A stretch of 59,573 bases of DNA from positions 1 through 59,573 of the IMG/VR virus record IMGVR_UViG_3300030090_001446; one strand, written 5' to 3'. A program made the position numbers and the translations under genes. The notes under the pieces were generated by a model that was not told where the DNA came from, did no database searches, and saw only the letters and a program-made list of their open reading frames with translations. This DNA comes from a virus. Taxonomy: Duplodnaviria; Caudoviricetes. Numbering within the stretch: the stretch's first letter is position 1; each line of letters starts with the position of its first letter. Shown here piece by piece: positions 44,521-53,653 of the stretch.

Positions 44521-46998
44521 CTATCTACCGTAAATTGGTGGTAGTGTTCCATTCCCACCTATATCTGCCATAGCTAAATAAATCACAGTACTTTGATTAT
44601 TACCACTAGAATTTAATCTAGGTTTAAAACCATCTGCCAAATAATCTACATCAAAACTACCACTGCCACCCATTGTTCCATTACTATCAACTAGCATCCA
44701 ATTAACAAAAGGATTTCCACTATTAGTTGAATTAGTATTATTATCTAGTATTGGCCACTGAGCAGTGGAGTCTATATTTTTCCATATAATGGTAGCAGGA
44801 GTAAATCCTAATGCAACATAAGGACCATTAGCATTAGAATTACCTTCATAAACTCCTACTTTACATACACCTGCTATAGAAGCAAAGCAGTATGCAATCA
44901 TATTATCACCAGATTTATTTGTAGCATTATTTGATCCTACACTTAATACTGAAGTATTAGGAGCAGTTGAGTTAAACATAGTAGAACCACTAGAGTTTGA
45001 TTCAGCAACATCATCTATTAGTAAAAAATGATCATCACTAGATAAATGATTACAGTACACAACCCAATTATCTGTAGTACTACGATTTTTATAAAAAACA
45101 AGTTCAGGTGCAACTGATAAACCATGACCTACCGTAGCATTTGAGCCGCTACCTTCCCAAGAAACTATACTAAAGTTACCTGCCGCAGATACACTTACAG
45201 TTGAAGCAATCCTAGAACCAGAGGCTCCAATAGATGTTGTACCATTTTGTCCTAACCATTGATAAGCAGCAAAAGTAGCAGTGTTTGTATTTATTTCGGA
45301 TAATGCTCCTACGCTAAAACCATCTGATCCAAAAGCTGTTAGACCAGTGCTTTCTGTTTGTTCATCAGCGTCACCTGTATTTGCAGGTAAGTTAAAACTT
45401 AATTGTTTTGTTGTTCCTCTAATGGCATCATAAACTCCCCAATCATCAGGAGAAGCAGAAGTCTTACTTTTAATTGCTACTAAATCAGGTTGAAATCCTG
45501 TTCCTGTGATATTGTTAGTACTTCCATTACCAGTATATCCAACAACATTAAAAAAATCTATTCCTTGGTTAGCAGGAGTACCTAATTTTGAAGAACTAAG
45601 AGTTTTATTTCCTGTTCCAATTGTATTTGGAAATTTACCTTCTTCAAAATGCATAGTAATATTATAATTACTTTCTCTAGCTATAAAAGCATAATATGTT
45701 AAATTTGCTACAGTTGAAACTGCACTGCCTTGAGCTACATTATCTTTTAAAAATGTAATTTCATTATCATCTGCATTATATCTAACTGTTACTACAGAAT
45801 TAGTTGTAAGAGCATCTCCTTGTGAACTTGTAGTTGCTCCGCTAGAAAGAACTACTACTTTATTTCCATCTTCTTTATAACCATAAGCTGCATTATAAGG
45901 AGAAGATGACCCATTAATAACATTATTTGATGCACTACTTGCAGAAGCTATTAAATTATCATAACAACAAATTCCTACTACTCCATCCCCATTATTAAAT
46001 GTAGCTTGAAATTCTGTTGTGCCTGTAGTTGCTAAAGGTAATGTTGAAAAAATTCCCCCGTCATCTCCACCACTGCCTGTAACTGTTAAATTACCATTAC
46101 TAAAAGCAATTGTTGAACTATCTCCACCTGATTGTTTAAGAACATCCATAATAGCATAAACTTTACTAGGTGTATTTGTTGATTGATTTCCTGCTGCCAT
46201 ATTTTCAGGAGTAAGATCATTATCATTATCACTAATATCTAAACCTAAATTTGCTGCATTTGTTCCAGTGCTATCTGTAAAATCTAAACAAAATGAATTA
46301 CCTCCAGCAGAAGTAGCTAAAGTACCTATATCTGCATCAGCTTTAGGAACAAACTGAGAACCATTAGTTCCAAAAGTAAAAGCATCCACAAAATCTGTAA
46401 TAGCTACATCACTATCTTGAATAGATTGACCATCTAACATGACGGGTTGGGCTATATATCCAGGGAAAGAATTTCCTCCAGCATTGCCGCCAACTTCTTG
46501 TACAGTTGTATTAGTAAAACTTGATCCAAAAGATGATCTTTCATCTCTGATATTTTCTGTTATTTCAATTCCATTGACAAAAAGTTTTCCTTTAGCTGAA
46601 CTGCTTTGTCCTAAATCATAACTGGCCAGAATATGATACCAACCTACATCTCTAAAAGCCATCTTTGGAATAAAAGATTTGCCATTACAATACATATACA
46701 AATCCATTTCAATTTCATTATTTTGATAACTAAAAAATAAACCAGTTTGATTATTCCCACTTGAAGAAGATGATTCTCCTAAATATAATAAACCTTGATT
46801 TGATGAAAGAGGTATCTTACATAGTTGAAACCAACATGCCATTATACATTTTGTTGAACTATGTGAACTAGTATTTCTTTCCATCAATTCATTACTTCCG
46901 TCGAAATGCACAGAATTAGGTACTAATGAATCATTAAAACCACTACCAGCAGAAGCTGCTGCTGCCGCACCAAAAAGCAAACTATTAGAAAATACCAT
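44521..46998 (-). CDS. Receptor-binding protein with LamG-like and SPRY-like domains
   Basis: FRDVGWYHI, NSFCLDF, YTGNGS...GFQPDLV, HGL..APE, MIAYCF. Confidence 0.75.
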   Translation of the reverse strand: MVFSNSLLFGAAAAASAGSGFNDSLVPNSVHFDGSNELMERNTSSHSSTKCIMACWFQLCKIPLSSNQGLLYLGESSSSSGNNQTGLFFSYQNNEIEMDLYMYCNGKSFIPKMAFRDVGWYHILASYDLGQSSSAKGKLFVNGIEITENIRDERSSFGSSFTNTTVQEVGGNAGGNSFPGYIAQPVMLDGQSIQDSDVAITDFVDAFTFGTNGSQFVPKADADIGTLATSAGGNSFCLDFTDSTGTNAANLGLDISDNDNDLTPENMAAGNQSTNTPSKVYAIMDVLKQSGGDSSTIAFSNGNLTVTGSGGDDGGIFSTLPLATTGTTEFQATFNNGDGVVGICCYDNLIASASSASNNVINGSSSPYNAAYGYKEDGNKVVVLSSGATTSSQGDALTTNSVVTVRYNADDNEITFLKDNVAQGSAVSTVANLTYYAFIARESNYNITMHFEEGKFPNTIGTGNKTLSSSKLGTPANQGIDFFNVVGYTGNGSTNNITGTGFQPDLVAIKSKTSASPDDWGVYDAIRGTTKQLSFNLPANTGDADEQTESTGLTAFGSDGFSVGALSEINTNTATFAAYQWLGQNGTTSIGASGSRIASTVSVSAAGNFSIVSWEGSGSNATVGHGLSVAPELVFYKNRSTTDNWVVYCNHLSSDDHFLLIDDVAESNSSGSTMFNSTAPNTSVLSVGSNNATNKSGDNMIAYCFASIAGVCKVGVYEGNSNANGPYVALGFTPATIIWKNIDSTAQWPILDNNTNSTNSGNPFVNWMLVDSNGTMGGSGSFDVDYLADGFKPRLNSSGNNQSTVIYLAMADIGGNGTLPPIYGR

Positions 46999-47000
46999 AT

Positions 47001-49145
47001 TTAACTTCTTCCGTATTCATTGGTTAAAATTGCATGTATGTTTTCACCAGTATTATCACTAGAAACTGATACAACTATATAATCTAATCTTGCTACTGCT
47101 CCATTACTAGTAGCTACAGTAGGTACACTAGCTCCAATAAATTTCCAACAGGTATTATAAGCAACAGTGCCACTACCACCTGATTGTATAATAAAGATAC
47201 TTCCTGTCTGTCCTTTAGTAGCATTTGTTGGTCTGGCTAATGTATGTGCTGCTGTTACAGTTGTAAGAAAATTCTGAGCATTAGAAAAGTTTAAAGACAC
47301 AGAAGTAATCCCATTAATAGCTGTTGCTGATATAGCTGCTGCTCCTGACTTAGCTAAAAATAATTGACCACCAAGACTTACATTACCTGTAATTTGCGCT
47401 GCTCCTGCAACAGTAGCGGTTCCTCCTACATGTAAATTACCTGATACAGAAGCATCATCATCAAATGTTGCAGCACCCGTAGCTAAGAATGTACCTCCTA
47501 TAGAAGTATTACCTGCTACATCTAATGTTCCTCCTACAGTTGTATTTCCACTTACACGTACAGTTCCCAAGAATCCTGCTGCACCACTAACAGTAGCAGT
47601 ACTTAGAAGATTAACAGCACCTCCTATAGAAACCGCACCTCCTATTGAAGCTGCACCAACTACTGTTGCTGTTCCACCAATAACAATATTACCTGATACA
47701 GATACATCGTCATCAAAGGTAGCAGCACCTGTAGACATAAAGGTTCCACCTATTGAGGTATTACCTGCAACATCTAATGTACCACCAACTGTAGTATTAC
47801 CACTTACTCTAACTGTTCCTAAAAACCCTGCTGCACCACTTACAGTCGCTGTACTTAATAAGTTTACTGCACCACCTATTGATACTGCACCACCTATAGA
47901 AGCTGCTCCTGCTATGGTTGTAGTGCCTCCTATATTTACATTACCAGAAACTGATACATCATCGTCAAAGGTAGCTGCTCCCGTAGACATAAATGTACCA
48001 CCTACAGAAGTATTTCCAGCTACATCTAATGTTCCTCCAACTGTAGTATTTCCGCTAACTCTGACTGTCCCTAGAAAACCTGTTGCACCTGATACTGTAG
48101 CTGTTCCTCCGACAAATAAATTACCACCTACTGTAGCATTATTAACAGAAATATTTCCTGTAATGTCAGCAGTTATACCTGTTAAATTAGAACCATCTCC
48201 AAAGAAAGCACTAGCACAGACTTTAGCATTAGCTGCTTGTACATTTGCTCCTGCTATTGTAACAGTACCACCTATATTAAGATTACCACTTACGGATACA
48301 TCGTCTTTAAAATGCCCTGCTCCCGCTACAGTAACTGTTGATCCAAGAACAGTAGCTCCTTCTAATGAAGTAGCACCGCTAACTCTGACAGACCCTAAAA
48401 ATCCTGCTGCACCACTAACAGTTGCTGTGCTTAATAAATTAACTGCTCCACCTATTGATACAGCCCCTCCAATAGACGCTGCTCCTGCAACAGTTGCTGT
48501 GCCACCAATATTAACATTTCCTGATACAGAAACATCATCATCAAAAGTTGCTGCCCCTGTTGTAATAAGTGTACCACCAACTGATGTATTTCCTGCTACA
48601 TCTAAAGTGCCGCCAATACTTGTATTTCCACTAACTCTTGCTGTACCTAGAAAACCTGCTGCCCCACTTACAGTGGCAGTACTTGACATTTTAACAGCAC
48701 CTTCAAGTGAAGTAGCTCCACTTACTCTAACAGTCCCAAGAAATCCTGAATTACCTGAGACTGTTGCAGTACTTAAAAAATTAACTGCTCCACCTACTGA
48801 AAGAGTTCCTCCTATCGTTGCATTATTAGCAACAATCAGAGAACTAACAGATGTATCTCCACTAGCTACAATACTAGTTAAATGTCTACCACTTCCAAAA
48901 TAAGAACTAGCACATACATCTCCATCAACACGTAAAGTTCCAGCTATAGAAACACTAGAAGATACAGCAAAAGAACCTTTTACTCTAACCGCATCTGTTG
49001 CTACTTGCAATGCAGTATTAGTTCCATCTCCTCCTTCAACTTGGGTTAAACCTGAAGAGACTACACCATTACCACTTACAGCAAGTTTTAGTAATCCTTT
49101 GTAAGTATCTGCTATTCTTTTGCCTGTTAAATCAAAATCACTCAT
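47001..49145 (-). CDS. Tail fiber with hexapeptide-periodic repeats
   Basis: 84-aa (14 x 6) super-repeats, FFGDGSNLT knob-type motif. Confidence 0.75.
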   Translation of the reverse strand: MSDFDLTGKRIADTYKGLLKLAVSGNGVVSSGLTQVEGGDGTNTALQVATDAVRVKGSFAVSSSVSIAGTLRVDGDVCASSYFGSGRHLTSIVASGDTSVSSLIVANNATIGGTLSVGGAVNFLSTATVSGNSGFLGTVRVSGATSLEGAVKMSSTATVSGAAGFLGTARVSGNTSIGGTLDVAGNTSVGGTLITTGAATFDDDVSVSGNVNIGGTATVAGAASIGGAVSIGGAVNLLSTATVSGAAGFLGSVRVSGATSLEGATVLGSTVTVAGAGHFKDDVSVSGNLNIGGTVTIAGANVQAANAKVCASAFFGDGSNLTGITADITGNISVNNATVGGNLFVGGTATVSGATGFLGTVRVSGNTTVGGTLDVAGNTSVGGTFMSTGAATFDDDVSVSGNVNIGGTTTIAGAASIGGAVSIGGAVNLLSTATVSGAAGFLGTVRVSGNTTVGGTLDVAGNTSIGGTFMSTGAATFDDDVSVSGNIVIGGTATVVGAASIGGAVSIGGAVNLLSTATVSGAAGFLGTVRVSGNTTVGGTLDVAGNTSIGGTFLATGAATFDDDASVSGNLHVGGTATVAGAAQITGNVSLGGQLFLAKSGAAAISATAINGITSVSLNFSNAQNFLTTVTAAHTLARPTNATKGQTGSIFIIQSGGSGTVAYNTCWKFIGASVPTVATSNGAVARLDYIVVSVSSDNTGENIHAILTNEYGRS

Positions 49146-49444
49146 GCGCTATTCCAAACTGGTGAAATTACTTGATCACTCATATTATTAGGAGTACCCT
49201 CCCAAAGTAAGTTAGCTGTATTCCACACTAGGTTACGACCTCCTGAATCAGGTCTAGGATTATCTATTTTAGTATCATCCCTGACATTAGGAACTTTATT
49301 TTGAGGATGATTTTTTAAATCAAAAGCACCGTCATAATCTTCTGGACAAACTAATAAACCAAAACTATTTAGCTTCATTAATCTATGTGGATATCTAAAA
49401 TTACAAATATCACAGACTGCTAAAGCTTTACGATCTGTTGCCAT
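49142..49444 (-). CDS. Conserved small Cys-containing virion-module protein
   Basis: CDICNFRY...VCPEDYD...HPQ...PRPD. Confidence 0.7.
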   Translation of the reverse strand: MATDRKALAVCDICNFRYPHRLMKLNSFGLLVCPEDYDGAFDLKNHPQNKVPNVRDDTKIDNPRPDSGGRNLVWNTANLLWEGTPNNMSDQVISPVWNSA

Positions 49445-50118
49445 TAAACTGTCCTAATTTTAGGTTTAAAGAAAATACTTGCTCGTTCTTTATCTTCTTC
49501 CATTGCTCGTTGAAGAAGTTCTTCATAATTTCCTTTTAACATTGCAATTTTATCATTAGGTACATTAGGTCTTTTCATTGCCATATAATAAGACAAACCA
49601 CAAGTAAGCGGAGGTAAAAATCTTTTAGGCATATCAGCGTTCTGTCCTGCTGATTTATTTACATCTTCTAATTGACTAATACGTTCTATCTTTAATATAT
49701 CTGTACTATTATCAGGTAAAGGCCAAATACTTAAAGTAGGATTATCTCTGTCTCGTTTAATTGTATATTGAGTTGCTCTGCCTGTTTGTTTTTTATTTGG
49801 AATAATTAAATATTCTTCAAAAGAAATACGAGTTAATTGGATATCAGTATCATCTCGATTAACTACAACTTCTAAAGCATCTACTGTAGAACTACTCAAA
49901 GAATAAGATGTAACACTAGCAGCAACTGTAACTGCTGTTACTTCTGTTGACCATAAAAGAACACCTCTATTCTGCCAATCCGTTAGCATTAGATTAATAG
50001 AACGTCGGGCAGAAGCAGGTTCATGACCAAGAGTATTTTCTCCTCCGATCATTTCACTTGCTTCTTGTATAACCTCGTCTATGTCAAGGTTAAAATTAAA
50101 TGTACCGCTAGTTGCCAT
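49444..50118 (-). CDS. Head-tail adaptor / tail tubular protein
   Basis: MATSGTFNFNL, ARRSINL..DWQNRG, WPLPD. Confidence 0.7.
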   Translation of the reverse strand: MATSGTFNFNLDIDEVIQEASEMIGGENTLGHEPASARRSINLMLTDWQNRGVLLWSTEVTAVTVAASVTSYSLSSSTVDALEVVVNRDDTDIQLTRISFEEYLIIPNKKQTGRATQYTIKRDRDNPTLSIWPLPDNSTDILKIERISQLEDVNKSAGQNADMPKRFLPPLTCGLSYYMAMKRPNVPNDKIAMLKGNYEELLQRAMEEDKERASIFFKPKIRTV

Positions 50119-50136
50119 TTTAATTCCTATTAAAAA

Positions 50137-50682
50137 TTATATTTGTCCACCCTTTTTATAACCATACATTACACCTTGATTAACAAGTTCTTTAGGAATT
50201 TTCATTTCAATATTAAAATCGCCGCCACCACGCTTAGAAACTTTTTTTAGCTTTGGACCAGGATTTCTAGTATATTCAGTGGACATATATTGCTCACCTT
50301 CTGTCAACTTCTTTTTCTTTTTCTTTGCACCTATATCTAATTCTTTACCACCTTGTACTCTTTTTTTAGATAGTTTTAATCCCATAATGTTTCTCCTCGC
50401 TTGATTTGATGTTATTGGTTTCATATCTTTATGTAATTTAATATCATAGGCGCGTAACTTTTCATGAGTTTTGCGTGTTGGCCAATTTATACCGCTATCA
50501 ATAGCGCGTTTTATAGCATCTTTTTCATTTAAAATTTTTCCATTCCAAACGCTTGGTATAAGCGTTGGTACACCATTGATATCTACTTGTCGCGTGTAAA
50601 CAGTGGAAAGACTGCCGTCTTTATTTTTTACAGCTTTTCCTTCCGAAATATTTTTAAAATGATGTTGTAAAATAGGGTCCAT
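50137..50682 (-). CDS. Hypothetical protein; probable in-frame fusion with internal start at 50385
   Basis: Internal GAGGAG-7 nt-ATG; ends YKKGGQI. Confidence 0.6.
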   Translation of the reverse strand: MDPILQHHFKNISEGKAVKNKDGSLSTVYTRQVDINGVPTLIPSVWNGKILNEKDAIKRAIDSGINWPTRKTHEKLRAYDIKLHKDMKPITSNQARRNIMGLKLSKKRVQGGKELDIGAKKKKKKLTEGEQYMSTEYTRNPGPKLKKVSKRGGGDFNIEMKIPKELVNQGVMYGYKKGGQI

Positions 50683-50690
50683 TATTTTTT

Positions 50691-50906
50691 CTAATCATAA
50701 AACGATGCAACGTATAAAGTTCCACCTTTGTATTTATTTATTATCTTGCCGCCTTTATTTGCTTTTATAGAACCAAGAAGAAAAGACTTAGGACGTTTTC
50801 TTTTGTGTGTTTTAGGTTTATTAAATCCTAGTTTTCTTATAGGTCTTTCTTTTGCTAAAGTGGGAATAGGTCGAGTTATTTTTTTGTCTTTAGAATAAGC
50901 AACCAT
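50691..50906 (-). CDS. Small basic protein (GG motif, VASFYD end)
   Basis: KANKGGKII, KYKGG. Confidence 0.65.
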   Translation of the reverse strand: MVAYSKDKKITRPIPTLAKERPIRKLGFNKPKTHKRKRPKSFLLGSIKANKGGKIINKYKGGTLYVASFYD

Positions 50907-50916
50907 TTATTAATTC

Positions 50917-51309
50917 CTAATCATATAAAGATGAAACAAGATCGTTACCTGACATAACTTGTCCACCTTTTTTACGGTTTACAACTTTTCTATCACCTTT
51001 ACGTTTAACAACTTTACCACTAGTACTTTTTTTCTTTTTTTGTCCTGTTGTTAGCCAAGGGTCTTCAGGAATATTTTGTAATTCTCTTATCTCAGCATCT
51101 GTCCAATTTTTATTGGATTTCATGCTTCGATAGATATTATGTATTGTAACGGGATTTAGTTGATTACCGTACTTTTTTAGACCAACTATACGGTCAAACC
51201 TTTTTAATTCTTCTTTACTTACTTCAGGACTCTCGTGCGTTAGATACTTATCTTTACGCTTTACAACTTTTTTACCATTTTGACGTATAGCTGTTGCTGG
51301 TACTGGCAT
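50917..51309 (-). CDS. Basic protein (GG motif, VSSLYD end)
   Basis: RKKGGQVMSGNDLVSSLYD; GGAG RBS. Confidence 0.7.
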   Translation of the reverse strand: MPVPATAIRQNGKKVVKRKDKYLTHESPEVSKEELKRFDRIVGLKKYGNQLNPVTIHNIYRSMKSNKNWTDAEIRELQNIPEDPWLTTGQKKKKSTSGKVVKRKGDRKVVNRKKGGQVMSGNDLVSSLYD

Positions 51310-51320
51310 TGTAATTCTCC

Positions 51321-52280
51321 TTAATCATATAAAGATGAAACAAAATCGTTACCTGACATAACTTGTCCACCACCCATACGTTTAACAACTTTACCACCCT
51401 GATTATATTTTTTAATAGGACCACCCTTTTTCAAAGCTGCTCCTGTGTAACTAGGATCAATTTCTTTTCGTAGAACTTGTTTAGCTGCGTCGAATGTACG
51501 AGCAGCGCTACTTTGTCCTGGAGTTAGTGGTTTTTGTGGTTTTGAAATATACGGCTCAACACGTTCTTTTGATAAAGGTTTACGTCCGCTTTGTGTTCTC
51601 GCTCCTGCTTTCAAAAGTGCATCAGTATTTTTCTGTGCTTGTGTTTTTGTAGGAGCTTCCTTAGCTTCTTGTGCAATTTTCTTTTGTTGTCTTGATGTTA
51701 AATTTTTAATTTTATTGCCTAATGACTTAGCAAAAGCAGGGCCATGTTTAGTTGCAGTCTGTATTAAAAAAGGTATAGCAACAGGAGCAATAAGAGCAGC
51801 AGCAGCAGTACTAATACCTATCTGACCTGTAAGTTTTTGCTCTGGCGTCATAGAGGTATCTGCTTTTGTTTTAGCTTCTTGTCTAGCTCTACGTGCTGCT
51901 CGACTTTTTTCCCTTGTTCCTAAAATATCTTCAGGCTTTTTACGTTTAGATTTAGTAATTTCAGGCGCACTAAGATCAGCACCTGGAGATTCTTTTACAG
52001 GAGCGGGTATTTTACGTTTAGATTTAGATTTAGGTTTAGATGAATCTAATTTATTTTGACCCATAGTACGTCTCACCTCTGCTGCTATTTCTTTTACAGA
52101 AGATTTTTTTTCTTTCTTTTGTTGATTTAAATATTTTCTTAAAGACTGTGCGCCAAAACTTTTAAATCCTGCTTTTTTCATATCTTCTTTAGTTACAGCA
52201 GCTTTTCGTTTTCCATCTTTTCCTATAAAATAGCTTTTGCCTTGTTTACGAGCTTCAGCTATACTTTTTGGTTCAGCCAT
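51321..52280 (-). CDS. Basic protein (GG motifs, VSSLYD end)
   Basis: LKKGGPIKKYNQGGKVVKRMGGGQVMSGNDFVSSLYD. Confidence 0.7.
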   Translation of the reverse strand: MAEPKSIAEARKQGKSYFIGKDGKRKAAVTKEDMKKAGFKSFGAQSLRKYLNQQKKEKKSSVKEIAAEVRRTMGQNKLDSSKPKSKSKRKIPAPVKESPGADLSAPEITKSKRKKPEDILGTREKSRAARRARQEAKTKADTSMTPEQKLTGQIGISTAAAALIAPVAIPFLIQTATKHGPAFAKSLGNKIKNLTSRQQKKIAQEAKEAPTKTQAQKNTDALLKAGARTQSGRKPLSKERVEPYISKPQKPLTPGQSSAARTFDAAKQVLRKEIDPSYTGAALKKGGPIKKYNQGGKVVKRMGGGQVMSGNDFVSSLYD

Positions 52281-52282
52281 GA

Positions 52283-52447
52283 CTAGTCCTCCTCTTTCAT
52301 AAGGTCTTTATCAGAAGAGGCTACTACACTTGGTCCTTTTCTGGCTGCACCAAATCCTTGTCCTGTAGGACGCCCTACAATCTCATTCAAATCTGGATCA
52401 AGATTGGGAAGCTTTCGTGCTGCTGCACCTGCTACAAAATCTTTCAT
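52283..52447 (-). CDS. Small hypothetical protein (54 aa, not in track)
   Basis: AAGGAG RBS, ATGA overlap, GQGFGAARKG. Confidence 0.65.
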   Translation of the reverse strand: MKDFVAGAAARKLPNLDPDLNEIVGRPTGQGFGAARKGPSVVASSDKDLMKEED

Positions 52448-52647
52448 GACTTTCTCCTTTTACCTTTAGATGCTAACTTTTGAAATTTTTTCTTCCCATA
52501 TTTTTTTCGTCCTATATAGGCTGCAAGAGCTTTGGGATTTTTAGCTCCCTTCTTTTTTAATTTCTTAGTCAAACTTTTAAATCTTTTACCTGAACCTAGT
52601 TTAGGTTTAGAAACTTGTTTTGAAACTTTACTTCTACCAATAGCCAT
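52444..52647 (-). CDS. Very basic small protein
   Basis: KLGSGKRFK...NPKALAAYIGRKKYG. Confidence 0.75.
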   Translation of the reverse strand: MAIGRSKVSKQVSKPKLGSGKRFKSLTKKLKKKGAKNPKALAAYIGRKKYGKKKFQKLASKGKRRKS

Positions 52648-53327
52648 TAAGTTGAACCCATAATAACAGTATCAGGACCACCAGCAGGACTTGCTGCTTG
52701 TGCCATATCATCTTGTCGGGTACGACGAGCTTGGTTTCTAAGTTGGTTAATTGCATTTTGATATTGACCTTCCCATATTTGAAGATCATTCCAACTTTTC
52801 ATATACATAGTAGCTTCAATCATACAACCATAGAATAAAGCATTATAACAAAACTCGCTAAAATAATTAGAAGTTGTTACGCTAGTTCCAGTTGCAGAAG
52901 CTAAACCTAAAGGTCTACGAACATATTGTACTTCTATATCAACTGCTGATGCAGGAGTAGGTACAATATAAATCTCTGTGTTTGTTTTACGTGAGTAATA
53001 TCTAGGATCACCTACAGATGCACTTGCATGTGGCCAATAATCTATTGCATACTCATAAGTTCTCGGTAATAAATTAGTTCTATTGGATGAAGCACTGGAT
53101 ATTACATTGACATTCCTGACAATCTTTGCATCAACAGGAAGAGATACAATAGGATTTCCTATTGAACAAGATACAGTAGCAAAAAAATCTAGACCAAAAT
53201 CGTCTAGATCATTTGTAAGTCTGTTCTCTACTTTCTCTATAAAAAAAGGAATTTGATCTGAAAACTCTGTTGAATCGTTTTCAGTTGTATTAATCAAATC
53301 ATTTTTTAAAAATGAAAAGTTAGGCAT
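52647..53327 (-). CDS. Head-tail connector / adaptor protein
   Basis: PRYY, IVPTP, ALFYGCMIEA..YMK; downstream of the capsid gene. Confidence 0.7.
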   Translation of the reverse strand: MPNFSFLKNDLINTTENDSTEFSDQIPFFIEKVENRLTNDLDDFGLDFFATVSCSIGNPIVSLPVDAKIVRNVNVISSASSNRTNLLPRTYEYAIDYWPHASASVGDPRYYSRKTNTEIYIVPTPASAVDIEVQYVRRPLGLASATGTSVTTSNYFSEFCYNALFYGCMIEATMYMKSWNDLQIWEGQYQNAINQLRNQARRTRQDDMAQAASPAGGPDTVIMGST

Positions 53328-53331
53328 TTGA

Positions 53332-53598
53332 TTAGCCTACTATCAATGTCAAAGCAGCACCATCAGCAGGAACAGAAACACTTACACTTCCCACCATTGG
53401 AACTCCCATATCTCCAATATAAATATCTGCACTTTCATTTGCTGCTACAAAAAACTTGAGAACTCCTGATGTTGCTCCCTTGATATCAAAGGAACCTGCA
53501 ACAGTACTATGAGCATGGACCGCAATAATACGAGTTTTCGCTGCTGTGGAAATAACTCCAGCACCTGCCTGAAAAAGTGAATTGTAATTATTTGCCAT
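53332..53598 (-). CDS. Small virion protein
   Basis: AGGAG RBS, beta-rich 88 aa. Confidence 0.65.
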   Translation of the reverse strand: MANNYNSLFQAGAGVISTAAKTRIIAVHAHSTVAGSFDIKGATSGVLKFFVAANESADIYIGDMGVPMVGSVSVSVPADGAALTLIVG

Positions 53599-53614
53599 AT
53601 TTATCTCCTAAAGT

Positions 53615-53649
53615 AAAGTCAGGGAGAAAATTAATTCCCCCTGACTTTT
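53615..53649 (-). terminator. Hairpin / terminator after the major capsid gene
   Basis: AAAGTCAGGG...CCCTGACTTT. Confidence 0.7.
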
Positions 53650-53653
53650 AGCA

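Noticed and set aside
47914-48903. 329-aa + strand ORF
   Set aside because: Antisense shadow of the Gly/Ala/Thr/Val repeat fiber gene
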